From: Candidatus Heimdallarchaeota archaeon
GTDB taxonomy: Archaea; Asgardarchaeota; Heimdallarchaeia; Heimdallarchaeales; Heimdallarchaeaceae
Direction of reading: 5' to 3'
NCBI GenBank assembly: GCA_019057815.1
Contig: JAHLWR010000009.1
Span: 32,001-96,000 of the forward strand
Length of the DNA: 64,000 nucleotides
Shown piece by piece: positions 48,342 through 58,778 of this stretch (positions are counted from its first letter, which is position 1; each line of letters opens with the position of its first letter). The notes below the pieces were generated by a model. The model searched no databases and was not told the DNA's origin. It worked only from the letters and a program-made list of their open reading frames with translations. The position numbers were made by a program, and so were the translations under genes.

Positions 48342-49787
48342 ATGGAGAGTTTTCCTTATGAACTTGTTGAAAAGACTATCGAGTATGGTCAAGACCTAGG
48401 ATTACCTTACATCGAAGCTAGACTTGTTGATTTGAGCATTAATTCAACCATTTTAAAAAACGGGGTTCCTGAACTTGGATCCCTTGATAGAAGTTTAGGA
48501 ATAGGAGTTAGGGTTTTACGCGAAGGTGGAATGGGTTTTTCAAGTTTCAATAATCTTACTCTCGATTCCATGAAAAAGGCTGTAGACTTTGCGGCTAAAA
48601 TGGCTGGGGAAATAGGATGGAGAAGGAAAACAAAGATAAGTTTCAGCGACGAGAATGTTAATGTTGCTAAATACAGCTCAAAAGGTGACCAAAATAAAAG
48701 ACCCTTAGACGTTGAACCTGAAGAAAAATTAGACTTGCTTTTAAACTTTGATAAAATTATTACAGAAGTAAAAACTGCATCTATTCCTTTCAGATTTTTC
48801 ATGTCTTTAGACGAAACGGAAAAAAAATTCATCTTAACTAGTGAAGGTACAAAAATAGAGAGTGAGATAGATAGAGTACATCTTTATGGTTTAATAACAG
48901 CTGTTAATTCAACTACAGGTAACATGGAACAAGTTTTCTTGCAAAAAGGGAAATCGGGTGGTTATGAGTCTTACGACTACTGGAAAATGGAAGACTATAT
49001 AGAAAATCAAGTAAAAATCTTAAGTAAAATTGTAACTGAAGCCAAACCTGCTCCTAAAGGAAAAATAGATTATGTTCTTGGACCTTCCATGATCGGAATT
49101 GTGTGTCATGAAAATCAAGGTCATCCTAGTGAAGCTGATAGAATATTAGGTCGAGAGGGTGCACAAGCTGGTGAAAGTTATTTAAAACATGAAATGCTAG
49201 GACAAAGACTAGGTTCAGAAGCTGTTACTATAATTGATGATCCAACCCTTGAAGGTTCCTTTGGTTTCTATCTTTATGATGATGAAGGAGTAAAATCAAA
49301 ACCTCGCTTCCTTCTGAAAAATGGACTCTTTAAGGATATGTTTCATAACAGAGAATCAGCTGCTTTTATGAATACATCAAGTACATCTGCAGCAAGAGCA
49401 ATAGGCTATAATAGAGAGCCTATTGCACGGATGGCTAATACTTATCTTGAACCTGGCGATTATTCGAAGGAAGAGCTTATAGAAGATATCAAACTTGGAG
49501 CACTTGTGATTAATTTTACTGAATGGAATATTGACGATCGAAGATATCATTCTAAATATGTTGGTTTGGAGGCTTATCTAATAGAAAATGGGGAAGTCAA
49601 AAACCTAGTTCGACGACCAGTTATCGAAGTAACTACGCCTAAGCTCTGGGGTTCAGTAGATGCTGTTGCTAAAGAGAGTTATTTAGAGTTTGATGGAGTA
49701 ATGTGTGGCAAAGGTGAGCCTACCCAAGGAGCTCCTGTTTATTGTGGAGGTACTTATATGAGAATGCGCGATGTGGAGGTAAGGTGA
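48342..49787 (+). CDS. tldD: TldD-family metalloprotease
   Basis: HENQGHPSEAD, YDDEGV, RMANTY, CGKG. Confidence 0.9.
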   Translation: MESFPYELVEKTIEYGQDLGLPYIEARLVDLSINSTILKNGVPELGSLDRSLGIGVRVLREGGMGFSSFNNLTLDSMKKAVDFAAKMAGEIGWRRKTKISFSDENVNVAKYSSKGDQNKRPLDVEPEEKLDLLLNFDKIITEVKTASIPFRFFMSLDETEKKFILTSEGTKIESEIDRVHLYGLITAVNSTTGNMEQVFLQKGKSGGYESYDYWKMEDYIENQVKILSKIVTEAKPAPKGKIDYVLGPSMIGIVCHENQGHPSEADRILGREGAQAGESYLKHEMLGQRLGSEAVTIIDDPTLEGSFGFYLYDDEGVKSKPRFLLKNGLFKDMFHNRESAAFMNTSSTSAARAIGYNREPIARMANTYLEPGDYSKEELIEDIKLGALVINFTEWNIDDRRYHSKYVGLEAYLIENGEVKNLVRRPVIEVTTPKLWGSVDAVAKESYLEFDGVMCGKGEPTQGAPVYCGGTYMRMRDVEVR

Positions 49788-49793
49788 GAACTG

Positions 49794-51146
49794 ATGGAAG
49801 GATTTTTAGAACCGTTTCCGATTATAGAAAATGTTATTCAAAAGCTAGTTTCCTTAAAATTTGATGATTATATAGTTTCTTTTGTAAAAGACGACAGTTC
49901 ACAACTACGTTTCGCAGATAATCAGTTCACTATTGCAAAGAATTGGACTTCGGCTACTCTCAAAATTTTCGGTGTAAAACAACAGAAAACAGTAAGTACA
50001 GAAATCAATAATTTAACAACTGATGTTATTGATAATACTTTAGAAAACTTAGGAAAATTAGCAATTGCACTGCCTATAAATGATAACTATTTGGGAATTT
50101 CTGAAGGACCTTTCAGCTACCCAACTATTGAACAACTTATTGATCCTAAATATGATGATTTTCATAGCAAAGCCGTGGACAATGTAGAATTAGCAATTAA
50201 TACAGCGCTTGAAGAAGGAGCAAAAAGATCCGCAGGAGTGTTGTATTGGAGGAAGATAGAAGAAATTTTCCTATCCTCAAAAGGAGCAACAACCCAACAT
50301 AGCAAGACTAGCTATGAGTTTACTATTAGATCTTTCTTAGATAGCCAAACATCAGGACAAGGAGTCTCAGTAGGTTGTATTTCTGACTCTATCAATTTTG
50401 AAAAAGCTGGAAGACAAGCAGGGGAAATAGCTAAATTATCTGAAGGTGGAGGAGAAGGAAAACCAGGTAAATATAATGTGATTTTAAGTCCAACTGTTGC
50501 AGCGGATATAATAGCAGCTACTCCCAGATCAGCAAACCCATTTAGCGTAGAAATAGGTTTTTCATGGTTGAAAGACAAAATAGGAGAAAAAATTGGTCCT
50601 GAAAATTTAACTGTTTATGATGACGCTCTATTACCTAATGGACTAGGTTCAAAACCTTTTGATGATGAAGGACATCCAACTGGTAGGAATGTTTTAATCG
50701 AGGAAGGAATACTCAAAGGATTCATCCACAATACCTCAACAGCTAAAAAAGCTAATACTATGAGCACAGGAAATGCAGGTTTAGTAAGTCCTGAAAATTC
50801 AAACATCTTCTTTGAACCAGGAAATCATACTTTAGACGAACTTATGGAACTATCAAAAGGTAAACCTACTCTTTATATTACAAGTAATTGGTATACTAGG
50901 TTTACAAGTTATATAGACGGAATATTCTCTACTATACCTCGAGATGGGATATTCTTGATTGAAAACGGAGAAATAGCTAAACCTGTCAGGGAACTACGAA
51001 TAAGTGATTCCATGCTAAATATTTTTAAGAATATCAAAATGTTAGGAAAAGATTTAACCCAAATTAAATGGTGGGAAGTCTATGTACCTACTTTCATCCC
51101 TAGCATACTTATAGAAGATGTTAACATAACTTCAGCAACCAACTGA
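49794..51146 (+). CDS. tldE: TldE/PmbA partner subunit
   Basis: LRFADN, PFDDEG, TGNAG; lacks HExxH; follows tldD. Confidence 0.88.
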   Translation: MEGFLEPFPIIENVIQKLVSLKFDDYIVSFVKDDSSQLRFADNQFTIAKNWTSATLKIFGVKQQKTVSTEINNLTTDVIDNTLENLGKLAIALPINDNYLGISEGPFSYPTIEQLIDPKYDDFHSKAVDNVELAINTALEEGAKRSAGVLYWRKIEEIFLSSKGATTQHSKTSYEFTIRSFLDSQTSGQGVSVGCISDSINFEKAGRQAGEIAKLSEGGGEGKPGKYNVILSPTVAADIIAATPRSANPFSVEIGFSWLKDKIGEKIGPENLTVYDDALLPNGLGSKPFDDEGHPTGRNVLIEEGILKGFIHNTSTAKKANTMSTGNAGLVSPENSNIFFEPGNHTLDELMELSKGKPTLYITSNWYTRFTSYIDGIFSTIPRDGIFLIENGEIAKPVRELRISDSMLNIFKNIKMLGKDLTQIKWWEVYVPTFIPSILIEDVNITSATN

Positions 51147-51220
51147 CAATAGTCTCTGAATATCCTTACCTTACTAGCAATGTTTTTAATTGGAATTCTA
51201 TTAGAGATATCAGTGATTTT

Positions 51221-52189
51221 ATGTCGTTCACTCTTGAAAAGAAACATGTTGTTTTAATAACAAAGATAGGTATCGCAGTTTTCTATGGCTTATACTTATT
51301 AGCCATGATTCTAGGTTTGTTCTTAAACACCGCTTATACAGCTTTTACAAGTAGTTTTTACTCTTTACAAGCTAATGCATTCGGAGCAGCTTGGTCTTAC
51401 TTCCATCTGTTCTCGCTAGTTGCAATGCTCGGATTATTAACAATCTACATAATTTATTTGATTACGGGTAATAAAACAGCACAACTGAAAACTATAGCGA
51501 TATATTTCTTTGGAGCTTATCTCACTTTTGCTGGTATGTCAATGTTTGCTCTAGGTATATTCGCTGGAATTCAATTCGACTTTTTAATTCTTGCTACAAT
51601 GCTTTTCGGAATATCGTTATGGTTAACAACCTTACTTGAAAAAACTGATGTAATATCAAAAGAAAATAGTAAACTGTTTAAAGCTCTTGGATCGTTGTTG
51701 TATTTTGTAGGAATCACAATTTCAAATCAGAGGATAATGTTCTCAGCTAATGCTGAACCAACATCAATACTATATGGAATTCAGAAGGGATTTATAAGTC
51801 AAAAATTCTTCTATCCTACATTACCTGATTGGATATTCGGAGGATTGATTTGGTTGTTTGTGTCTTTATACCTTGGAGCAGAATATCTTAACTCAAAAGG
51901 TATAATAACGACTACTGAAAAAACCAAAACTATTTTGAAAAGCACAATATTTTCGGTTTTCACTTTAGAATTACTACTATTCAGCATATTCTTTATTTTC
52001 TTCGGAAGTATGCAGGGAGTATGTGTTATTCTAATGTTTGTTGGAAGTATGTTCGGTCTTCTTACATCTATAGGTTTAATATTCTTGCTTTTAGATAAAT
52101 GGGGATTGATTCCAACTCCAGGAAAGCCTAAAGAAACTCCTCTACCTGAAGAACCAACAGAAGAACCGCTAACACTACAACAAGAATAA
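51221..52189 (+). CDS. Polytopic membrane protein of unknown function
   Basis: About 8-9 hydrophobic helices; Pro/Glu-rich tail; followed by a T tract. Confidence 0.7.
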   Translation: MSFTLEKKHVVLITKIGIAVFYGLYLLAMILGLFLNTAYTAFTSSFYSLQANAFGAAWSYFHLFSLVAMLGLLTIYIIYLITGNKTAQLKTIAIYFFGAYLTFAGMSMFALGIFAGIQFDFLILATMLFGISLWLTTLLEKTDVISKENSKLFKALGSLLYFVGITISNQRIMFSANAEPTSILYGIQKGFISQKFFYPTLPDWIFGGLIWLFVSLYLGAEYLNSKGIITTTEKTKTILKSTIFSVFTLELLLFSIFFIFFGSMQGVCVILMFVGSMFGLLTSIGLIFLLLDKWGLIPTPGKPKETPLPEEPTEEPLTLQQE

Positions 52190-52197
52190 ACTCAATC

Positions 52198-52230
52198 TCT
52201 TTTTCTTTTTCTTTTTTTCTTTTATTTTTT
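52198..52230 (+). terminator. T-rich terminator tract
   Basis: Long T-rich run immediately after stop 52189. Confidence 0.45.
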
Positions 52231-52358
52231 ACTTAAAACTTAATGCTTCATACTGGTCGAAATCTAGAAATTTGAGGAAAATTAACGTAGGACTAATTTA
52301 TACAAAAATATGGGAAGAGGACACTTCGATCGTATTCTGAAAGAACAACCCATATATT

Positions 52359-53306
52359 TCATTTTGTAACTTTGTTCAGTTTTAAGTTTTGCATCTTATT
52401 ATTACGATTAGAAGCACCTTTTTCTCCTAATATTGCAAGAATTACTGTACCAATTATAATAATGAATATTCCTAGTGAAATCAATATTTCAGATACTGTG
52501 TCTATAGTTTCCCACTCTCTTAAAACAATAACACCGTATAAAACAGGAAGTATTCTTAAAACTGAGTTATAGGTTGGAATAGCTATTACAGCTTTACATC
52601 TCTGATATGATAATTGATTAAAAATGGTTGATGCACCGCTTAAAAATATGAATATAATAATTAAGATCCACATGCTCCAATCTTTGAATATTGTATATTC
52701 TTGGGATCTGATGATTACACTTGCTCCATTCAAAATAATTACCGCTACACCTATAGTTGTACCAGCTACAACACTATAGGCAACACCCACATATTGTTTT
52801 ATCCATAAGATGAATGTTATCAATAAAATAACACTTAGAGCAATTGATACTAATAATATTATAACAGATGGTGTAGAAACAAATAAGTTCCAAAATTCGT
52901 TGAAATCACTTTGTGTACTTGTCTCAAGAGAAAAATAACCTGCTATTACTACACCTATAGCAATTGTAATTAAAGCTGCTCCTTCCTTAATGTTTATCTT
53001 CTCTTTCACAATGAATCTAGAGAATATAGCTATGAATATTATAGAAGTTCCTCCAAGACTAGATATTAGTGATATGCTCCCCCACGAATATGCTAGAGCA
53101 GTTATAGGAACTGCGAGAATAGTCAACATAACACCTAATATCCAAAGAGGTTTAGTTAAAAAATTCTTTAAATTTGGAATTATTGACGTTTTTTCAATAG
53201 ACGGAAGAGATTCACTTACTTTTTTCTGAAGGACATATCCTAGCGAAATGATAATATTACCTAATAGTGCAAGAGGAATAGCAAATATAGCAACATTGTC
53301 AGCCAC
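52359..53306 (-). CDS. DMT-superfamily transporter, NIPA/Mg2+-transporter-like
   Basis: LGYVLQKK, PLWILG, AYSWGSISLISSLGGTSIIF...FIVKEK; about 9 TM. Confidence 0.7.
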   Translation of the reverse strand: MADNVAIFAIPLALLGNIIISLGYVLQKKVSESLPSIEKTSIIPNLKNFLTKPLWILGVMLTILAVPITALAYSWGSISLISSLGGTSIIFIAIFSRFIVKEKINIKEGAALITIAIGVVIAGYFSLETSTQSDFNEFWNLFVSTPSVIILLVSIALSVILLITFILWIKQYVGVAYSVVAGTTIGVAVIILNGASVIIRSQEYTIFKDWSMWILIIIFIFLSGASTIFNQLSYQRCKAVIAIPTYNSVLRILPVLYGVIVLREWETIDTVSEILISLGIFIIIIGTVILAILGEKGASNRNNKMQNLKLNKVTK

Positions 53307-53410
53307 AGAAAAGTTAAAGATTTTCTGATTTATAATCCCTTTGGCAAATAGATTTTACAAACAAATCTGTTGTTTTGGTAGGACACTAATAAAATTCTTG
53401 AGTATTAAGT

Positions 53411-56400
53411 TCAAGTCTTTCTTTTTATTCTTCTTCTTTTTATCTGCTCTATATTAGCGTGAATTAATCTTTTCATATTTGGAGTAATTGCTGAGATATC
53501 TGAATCAAATACAATAAAAGGGGTTTTATTTTTCATGTAAATTGGTTTGAGTATAGCTTGTGAAATCTTATAAGGTAAACAATTAATTGGTCCTGTCAAT
53601 ATTAAAGAATCGTAATTAGATTCTTCTAGAATTTCCATACCCTTTCCAATTGTTGGAATAGCTTCACCGAATATTAGAAGGCTGATTAAGGGTTTTGAAT
53701 GTTTAATTATTAATTTTAAGCTATTACGGTCTTCAAGCAATAATCCAGTTTTTTTATACTTCTTTCTTTGTTTCTTTTCAGCTATATACATTATAACAGG
53801 TCCAATCTTACTAATAAAAAACAATTGAGCGTTTCTGGTCCAGAATGTAGATAAAGCTTTAAGAGCTGTTGAAAATTTATATGGATCTCTTTTCCAATTA
53901 TGAGCAGCTACATGAGCAAGATGGAAACTACTGTATAAAGTAAGCTCAAACATATCTGACGATTTAACTATAATACCATGCTTGGTATAAATTTCTCTTA
54001 GTTCTCGCAGAAAGAAAGGACTAAAACGAACAAAGAAATCACCACTTATAAGCACTTTTGGATGCGTTTCTGGAGAACCTTTACGCGGTATTGTTGCTAT
54101 GCGTTCGATGAGTTTTTCAACATTTTTGTCATAATCCTTCAGAACTTTTGTGGTAACTAAGAACTCAGACCAGTACTTATGTAAAAGGTTTAGACTCTCT
54201 TTCTCACCAACTACATGTAATGAGCTTTCTATCTCACTCATAATGTCAGCTAGTAAAACAATCTTGGGATTATAACGAGCTATCTTTAAGAGACCTACAC
54301 CCAAGAAATTTGTCAATTGATCAAATCTAAAAATGAAGAGATTTTCTATTTTGTTATCTTCAATAAATTGCTCCAAATAATGAATATAGCTGAATACAGC
54401 ACATGGGGAACCTCCTGACATCATGTAAAATCCGAGTACATCTTCTGGATTTTTTCTGTTTTCCACTATTGTAAGAATGTTTCCGAGAACTATGGGTAAA
54501 GGTAAGCATTCTTTTCCTGAACAGTATCTTAGACCTTTAATTGGATATTCCAATTTGATATCTGTAGCGTTTCCTACATTGAAACCGTATAGTTCGAATC
54601 CTTTGGTGAATGCAGCTGTATGATACTTAGAAAAACCTGGCATGAAGAGTTTAACTCGTGAATCTCGAATATCAAGCCTCGTACCATCAGAAGTGATAAC
54701 TTCTATTTTTCCATTTGTTTTTTCAACTCTAGAGATTTGGAATGGTTTTGTTTCTTTTTTTTCAGTTAATTTTTGAAAATTATCGATTATTTCTAGAAAG
54801 GCTTCAAGACGTGTTTGAGTACCAGCATCAGCTGTATGAGAATCAAGCTCTAGAAGTAAGAAAGGTTTAGAACTCATCTCACTTTTGACGTAATTTTGGA
54901 TGAAAGCGTCAATTGTACAACTAAAGCTGTTAATATATAATAAGAAGAGGTTATCATTATTTTTTGCTAGATCTATTGCAACTTTAGCATAATTAGCAAA
55001 ATACCAAGGAATATCATCTACTTCATATTTATCAAGAAAATCAAAAGGTATTACTGTAACACCCATACTTGCCAGTTTTTTTGGAATCAATTGTGACGTT
55101 TCTGCTGGAAAAACATTGTAACTTCTACCAACCAATAGAATAGCTATTTCTTTAGATTCTTTTAATCTCTGTAATACCTCTTTTCCCAATTGTAGGAATT
55201 TATCTTCAACTTCCTTCTGTACCACTACAGCTTTTTCATATGCTTCTTCAACTAAATTCTTTGACTGTTTCAATTCCTTAACAGCCATTTTCACTAATGC
55301 TTCATCGCTCTCATACCCCTTAGAATAATCAAGTACAGGATTTAAGAATCGCGTATCACTAAAAGCTCTAGAAATGATATATGGACTAGCTTGAGTTATT
55401 GGGCAGAAAGTTGAATCAAACCACTTTTCACCTTTCGTTAATTTATGAACGTGAGGTAAGAAAATTGTTGGTATTTCCTTCTTGATTAAATCAAATACAG
55501 CTCCGTGCAATATCTGTACGGGATAGCAAAATGAAGCGTTTGTTAAATTTTCTTTGTTCTCATCTATATCTGATAGAATGACCTCGTAACCTAATTCTTC
55601 AAAAAACGTAGAAAATAAAGGAAATAAACTATGAGTGAGTAAAGCTCTAGGAATACCTATTTTTCCTTTGATTTGTTTTGATCTTGTCTTTCTCTTATCT
55701 TTTCTAGCAAAAATTAGTTCATTTCTTTGGTCAACAAGATTTTCCTTTTCTTTTATTTTCTCGGATCCTTTCCATTGATGTTCATATCTAGAACATCGAC
55801 CTCCAAATGGAAACTGACGACCACCTACTTCATATCTTTCAATTTTACAATAGTTTTTACATGATTTGCATATAAAACTCCCAAGATGCTTCAATTCTTC
55901 TTTAACTAGTGATTCAAGACACGTTTTTTTTGGCATTTCTTTTATTTCATACTGTGCGTTCTTTGCTTTCGCTATAAGAGCTATACCAAATGCACCAATT
56001 AATTCTGGGTTAGGTGGTATGATTATTTGTTTTCCTGTCGTTTGGGCAAAAGCATAACCTACAGAGTTATTTTTAGCAACTCCTCCTTGAAAGAAAATTT
56101 TCTTACCTACTGATCTAGAACCTTTCACTTTATTCAAGTAGTTTTCAGCAATTGAGTAAACTAATCCTCCAATTATATTTTCATGACCATATCCTTCTTG
56201 CAACGCCGTACGAACATCAGTATTGATAAAGGCTGCACAATCAGCTTTGAATCTAACAGGATCATTTGCTTCCATTGCAATTTGAGAGAGATCAGAAATA
56301 TCAATGCCTAGATCACCTTTGGAGCTTTCTTCTAGAAAAGAACCTGTTCCTGCAGAGCATGAAGCATTCATCGCATAGTCTACTGGCACACCGTTTTGAA

Positions 56401-57610
56401 GAAACATATATTTTGAGTCTTGACCTCCAATTTCAAATATAGTATCAACATCGGGATCATAATATACAGCTCCTTCTGAATGAGCAGAAATTTCATTAAA
56501 AACAGCTGAAGTCCCAAGATAAGCACCAACTAGTTGTCTTCCTGAACCTGTTACTCCAACTAAATTGACTTTACAATCACCTACTTGCGAGATAATTTCT
56601 TTAATACATTTTCTTGTTGCTTCAATAGGATTCCCGCTTGTTTTACCATAATAAGATGCAATCACAGCTGTATCAGCTGGGTCTACTAATACTGCTTTAG
56701 TAGTTGTTGAACCAACATCGACACCTAATAAAAATTCTGAATCTTGATTAAAATCTTTCTTGTATTCAGTTGATTCGATTATTGTCACTTGATTACTGAA
56801 TTGATGCAAGGAAGGGAACGTGAAAAAACTTTGACTTGTCTTTATTTCTAATTGTTGATGAATGGGAGAATCTTTAACCATAAGAGCTGTTCCATATGCT
56901 TCAAAAACGGAACAAACATCTTTAACCACTACTTCAGCGTCATTAAGCTCTTCTCTAAGTAATTTAACAAAAGCATCATTAAGTGAAACTCCTCCAATCA
57001 GAAGTAAACTTTTAACATCTACCCGAGATTGAAAAATCAACCCCATAACTTTATTCACCATACTAGAAAGAACAGAGGTTAAAATATCTTCAATTGAAGC
57101 TTCGCCTTTATTCAATTTGTGCGTTATATCAGATTTACAATGAACAGAACAACGAGAAGCTAATTCTATTTTTTTACCTTTTTGAGCAAGAGAGATAGCT
57201 TCAGGTAAAGAAATATTTAGTCTTCCGATTTGCTGGATAAAAAACTCTCCACTTCCAGCAGCACATTTATCGTGAGATAAGACGTTAATAATATGTCCAT
57301 TTTCATTTAATACATATAAGACAAAGCCTTCTCCGCCTAATGAGAGGACAACATCAAACTTCTCATTTAATGAACTAATACCTCGTTCAACAGCAACTAT
57401 CTCAGATAAGTCTCCAAATGAACCACTAACACCAAAATAACACTCTTTTGAGCTTAAATTCTCCTCAATAATTTGATTTAAGACATCAATTGGTTTACCT
57501 AAATGAGGTCGCTTGAATTTAGTAAAATTACCTTTGGCGTCTACGTAAACGAGATTAACTGAAATTGAACCGATGTTAACTCCTACATAGTAACTATAAA
57601 TATTAGACAC
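53411..57610 (-). CDS. Multidomain CoA-activase/reductase (2x BcrA/D-type ASKHA, DUF2229, dehydratase-like); PlsA-like architecture
   Basis: KCAAGSG/RCSVHCKSD; DVGSTTTK, EIGGQDSK, CSAGTGSF, CAAF; CKSCKNYC; IGIPRAL; ECLP; PINCLP; 1399 aa. Confidence 0.85.
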   Translation of the reverse strand: MSNIYSYYVGVNIGSISVNLVYVDAKGNFTKFKRPHLGKPIDVLNQIIEENLSSKECYFGVSGSFGDLSEIVAVERGISSLNEKFDVVLSLGGEGFVLYVLNENGHIINVLSHDKCAAGSGEFFIQQIGRLNISLPEAISLAQKGKKIELASRCSVHCKSDITHKLNKGEASIEDILTSVLSSMVNKVMGLIFQSRVDVKSLLLIGGVSLNDAFVKLLREELNDAEVVVKDVCSVFEAYGTALMVKDSPIHQQLEIKTSQSFFTFPSLHQFSNQVTIIESTEYKKDFNQDSEFLLGVDVGSTTTKAVLVDPADTAVIASYYGKTSGNPIEATRKCIKEIISQVGDCKVNLVGVTGSGRQLVGAYLGTSAVFNEISAHSEGAVYYDPDVDTIFEIGGQDSKYMFLQNGVPVDYAMNASCSAGTGSFLEESSKGDLGIDISDLSQIAMEANDPVRFKADCAAFINTDVRTALQEGYGHENIIGGLVYSIAENYLNKVKGSRSVGKKIFFQGGVAKNNSVGYAFAQTTGKQIIIPPNPELIGAFGIALIAKAKNAQYEIKEMPKKTCLESLVKEELKHLGSFICKSCKNYCKIERYEVGGRQFPFGGRCSRYEHQWKGSEKIKEKENLVDQRNELIFARKDKRKTRSKQIKGKIGIPRALLTHSLFPLFSTFFEELGYEVILSDIDENKENLTNASFCYPVQILHGAVFDLIKKEIPTIFLPHVHKLTKGEKWFDSTFCPITQASPYIISRAFSDTRFLNPVLDYSKGYESDEALVKMAVKELKQSKNLVEEAYEKAVVVQKEVEDKFLQLGKEVLQRLKESKEIAILLVGRSYNVFPAETSQLIPKKLASMGVTVIPFDFLDKYEVDDIPWYFANYAKVAIDLAKNNDNLFLLYINSFSCTIDAFIQNYVKSEMSSKPFLLLELDSHTADAGTQTRLEAFLEIIDNFQKLTEKKETKPFQISRVEKTNGKIEVITSDGTRLDIRDSRVKLFMPGFSKYHTAAFTKGFELYGFNVGNATDIKLEYPIKGLRYCSGKECLPLPIVLGNILTIVENRKNPEDVLGFYMMSGGSPCAVFSYIHYLEQFIEDNKIENLFIFRFDQLTNFLGVGLLKIARYNPKIVLLADIMSEIESSLHVVGEKESLNLLHKYWSEFLVTTKVLKDYDKNVEKLIERIATIPRKGSPETHPKVLISGDFFVRFSPFFLRELREIYTKHGIIVKSSDMFELTLYSSFHLAHVAAHNWKRDPYKFSTALKALSTFWTRNAQLFFISKIGPVIMYIAEKKQRKKYKKTGLLLEDRNSLKLIIKHSKPLISLLIFGEAIPTIGKGMEILEESNYDSLILTGPINCLPYKISQAILKPIYMKNKTPFIVFDSDISAITPNMKRLIHANIEQIKRRRIKRKT

Positions 57611-57755
57611 CTATAGATTGAATAGATTATTATACAGTTGTATAGTTATATAACAGTATAGGGTATATAAAAACTATTTCTTGTGGATTTAGGAATGAGA
57701 ATATTCGTTATGTAAGTAAAAAATCATGAGAAATATTAGCTTTTAGTTTCAACAC

Positions 57756-58712
57756 TTAATGATTCTTTTTGATATATGTCCATACAGCTTTTGCAATTTG
57801 TATATCTTGAACTGCTACACCTGTAAGATCAACAACAGTAATCTCTTCTTCGGAAGTCCTTTGAAAATTTTTATTGACTATTGCTTTTCCTATTTCAACC
57901 AACTTTTCTTTCTCTATCATTCTATTCTGCATAGCTTTGAAGCTTTCTCCTCTTTCCATACACTGACTTAAACTATCAACAATCACTCTGTTAGCTTTCT
58001 TCAAAATTGCTGAATCTAGCTCTTGCTTTTCTGGAGTATCTGATCCTATAGCAGTTATGTGTGTTCCTTCATTTATCTGTTCTGCTTCTATTAAAGGTGT
58101 TTTAGAGGGTGTACAAGTTACAATTAAATTGCTTGTAGAAGTTATATCTTCTGCATTTAGACTTGTTTCTACCTTAAATCCAAGCTTCTTCATATCTCTC
58201 TTGTAAATATCTAATTCTTCTTGATTAGTTCCCCAAGTAATAATATTTTTACAATCAAGAACTTTCTGAAGATAAATCGGTTGCAATCTCCCATGAGTGC
58301 CAGCTCCAAAAATCCCTATTCTTTTGATTTTTTTAGGAGCAAAATATTTAGCTGCAATAGCTCCAGCTGAGGCAGTTCTAATATTTGTTAGATGTCCTTC
58401 ATCAAGTAGAACACTTAATAATTGACCTGTTTTTTGACTAAAAAGTAGCATTAGTCCATCAAATGCAGGTAATCCCAATTTTGGATTGTCATAGAAACCT
58501 GTAGCAACTTTAATCACGAAAAAATCATCTTTCTTAATGAAACCATATTTAATATGACATTCACCTGGAGGATCATCAAAGACCATTTCTCCCACGGGAG
58601 GTACAGTAACATTTCCTTGCGAGTAAGCAATAAATCCTTCTTCAATTAATTTAATAGGATCTATCTTTTCTAAAATGCTTTTTATCTCTTCTAAATGAAC
58701 TATTTTCGTCAT
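57756..58712 (-). CDS. Ornithine cyclodeaminase / mu-crystallin family protein
   Basis: LTNIRTA, GIFGAG, AIGSD, DLTGVAVQD. Confidence 0.9.
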   Translation of the reverse strand: MTKIVHLEEIKSILEKIDPIKLIEEGFIAYSQGNVTVPPVGEMVFDDPPGECHIKYGFIKKDDFFVIKVATGFYDNPKLGLPAFDGLMLLFSQKTGQLLSVLLDEGHLTNIRTASAGAIAAKYFAPKKIKRIGIFGAGTHGRLQPIYLQKVLDCKNIITWGTNQEELDIYKRDMKKLGFKVETSLNAEDITSTSNLIVTCTPSKTPLIEAEQINEGTHITAIGSDTPEKQELDSAILKKANRVIVDSLSQCMERGESFKAMQNRMIEKEKLVEIGKAIVNKNFQRTSEEEITVVDLTGVAVQDIQIAKAVWTYIKKNH

Positions 58713-58778
58713 TCTACTCCACTAGTCTTGTGATAGTATAGTTTAACTTTCTCTTGAAGTATTAATATCTTCTTCATT

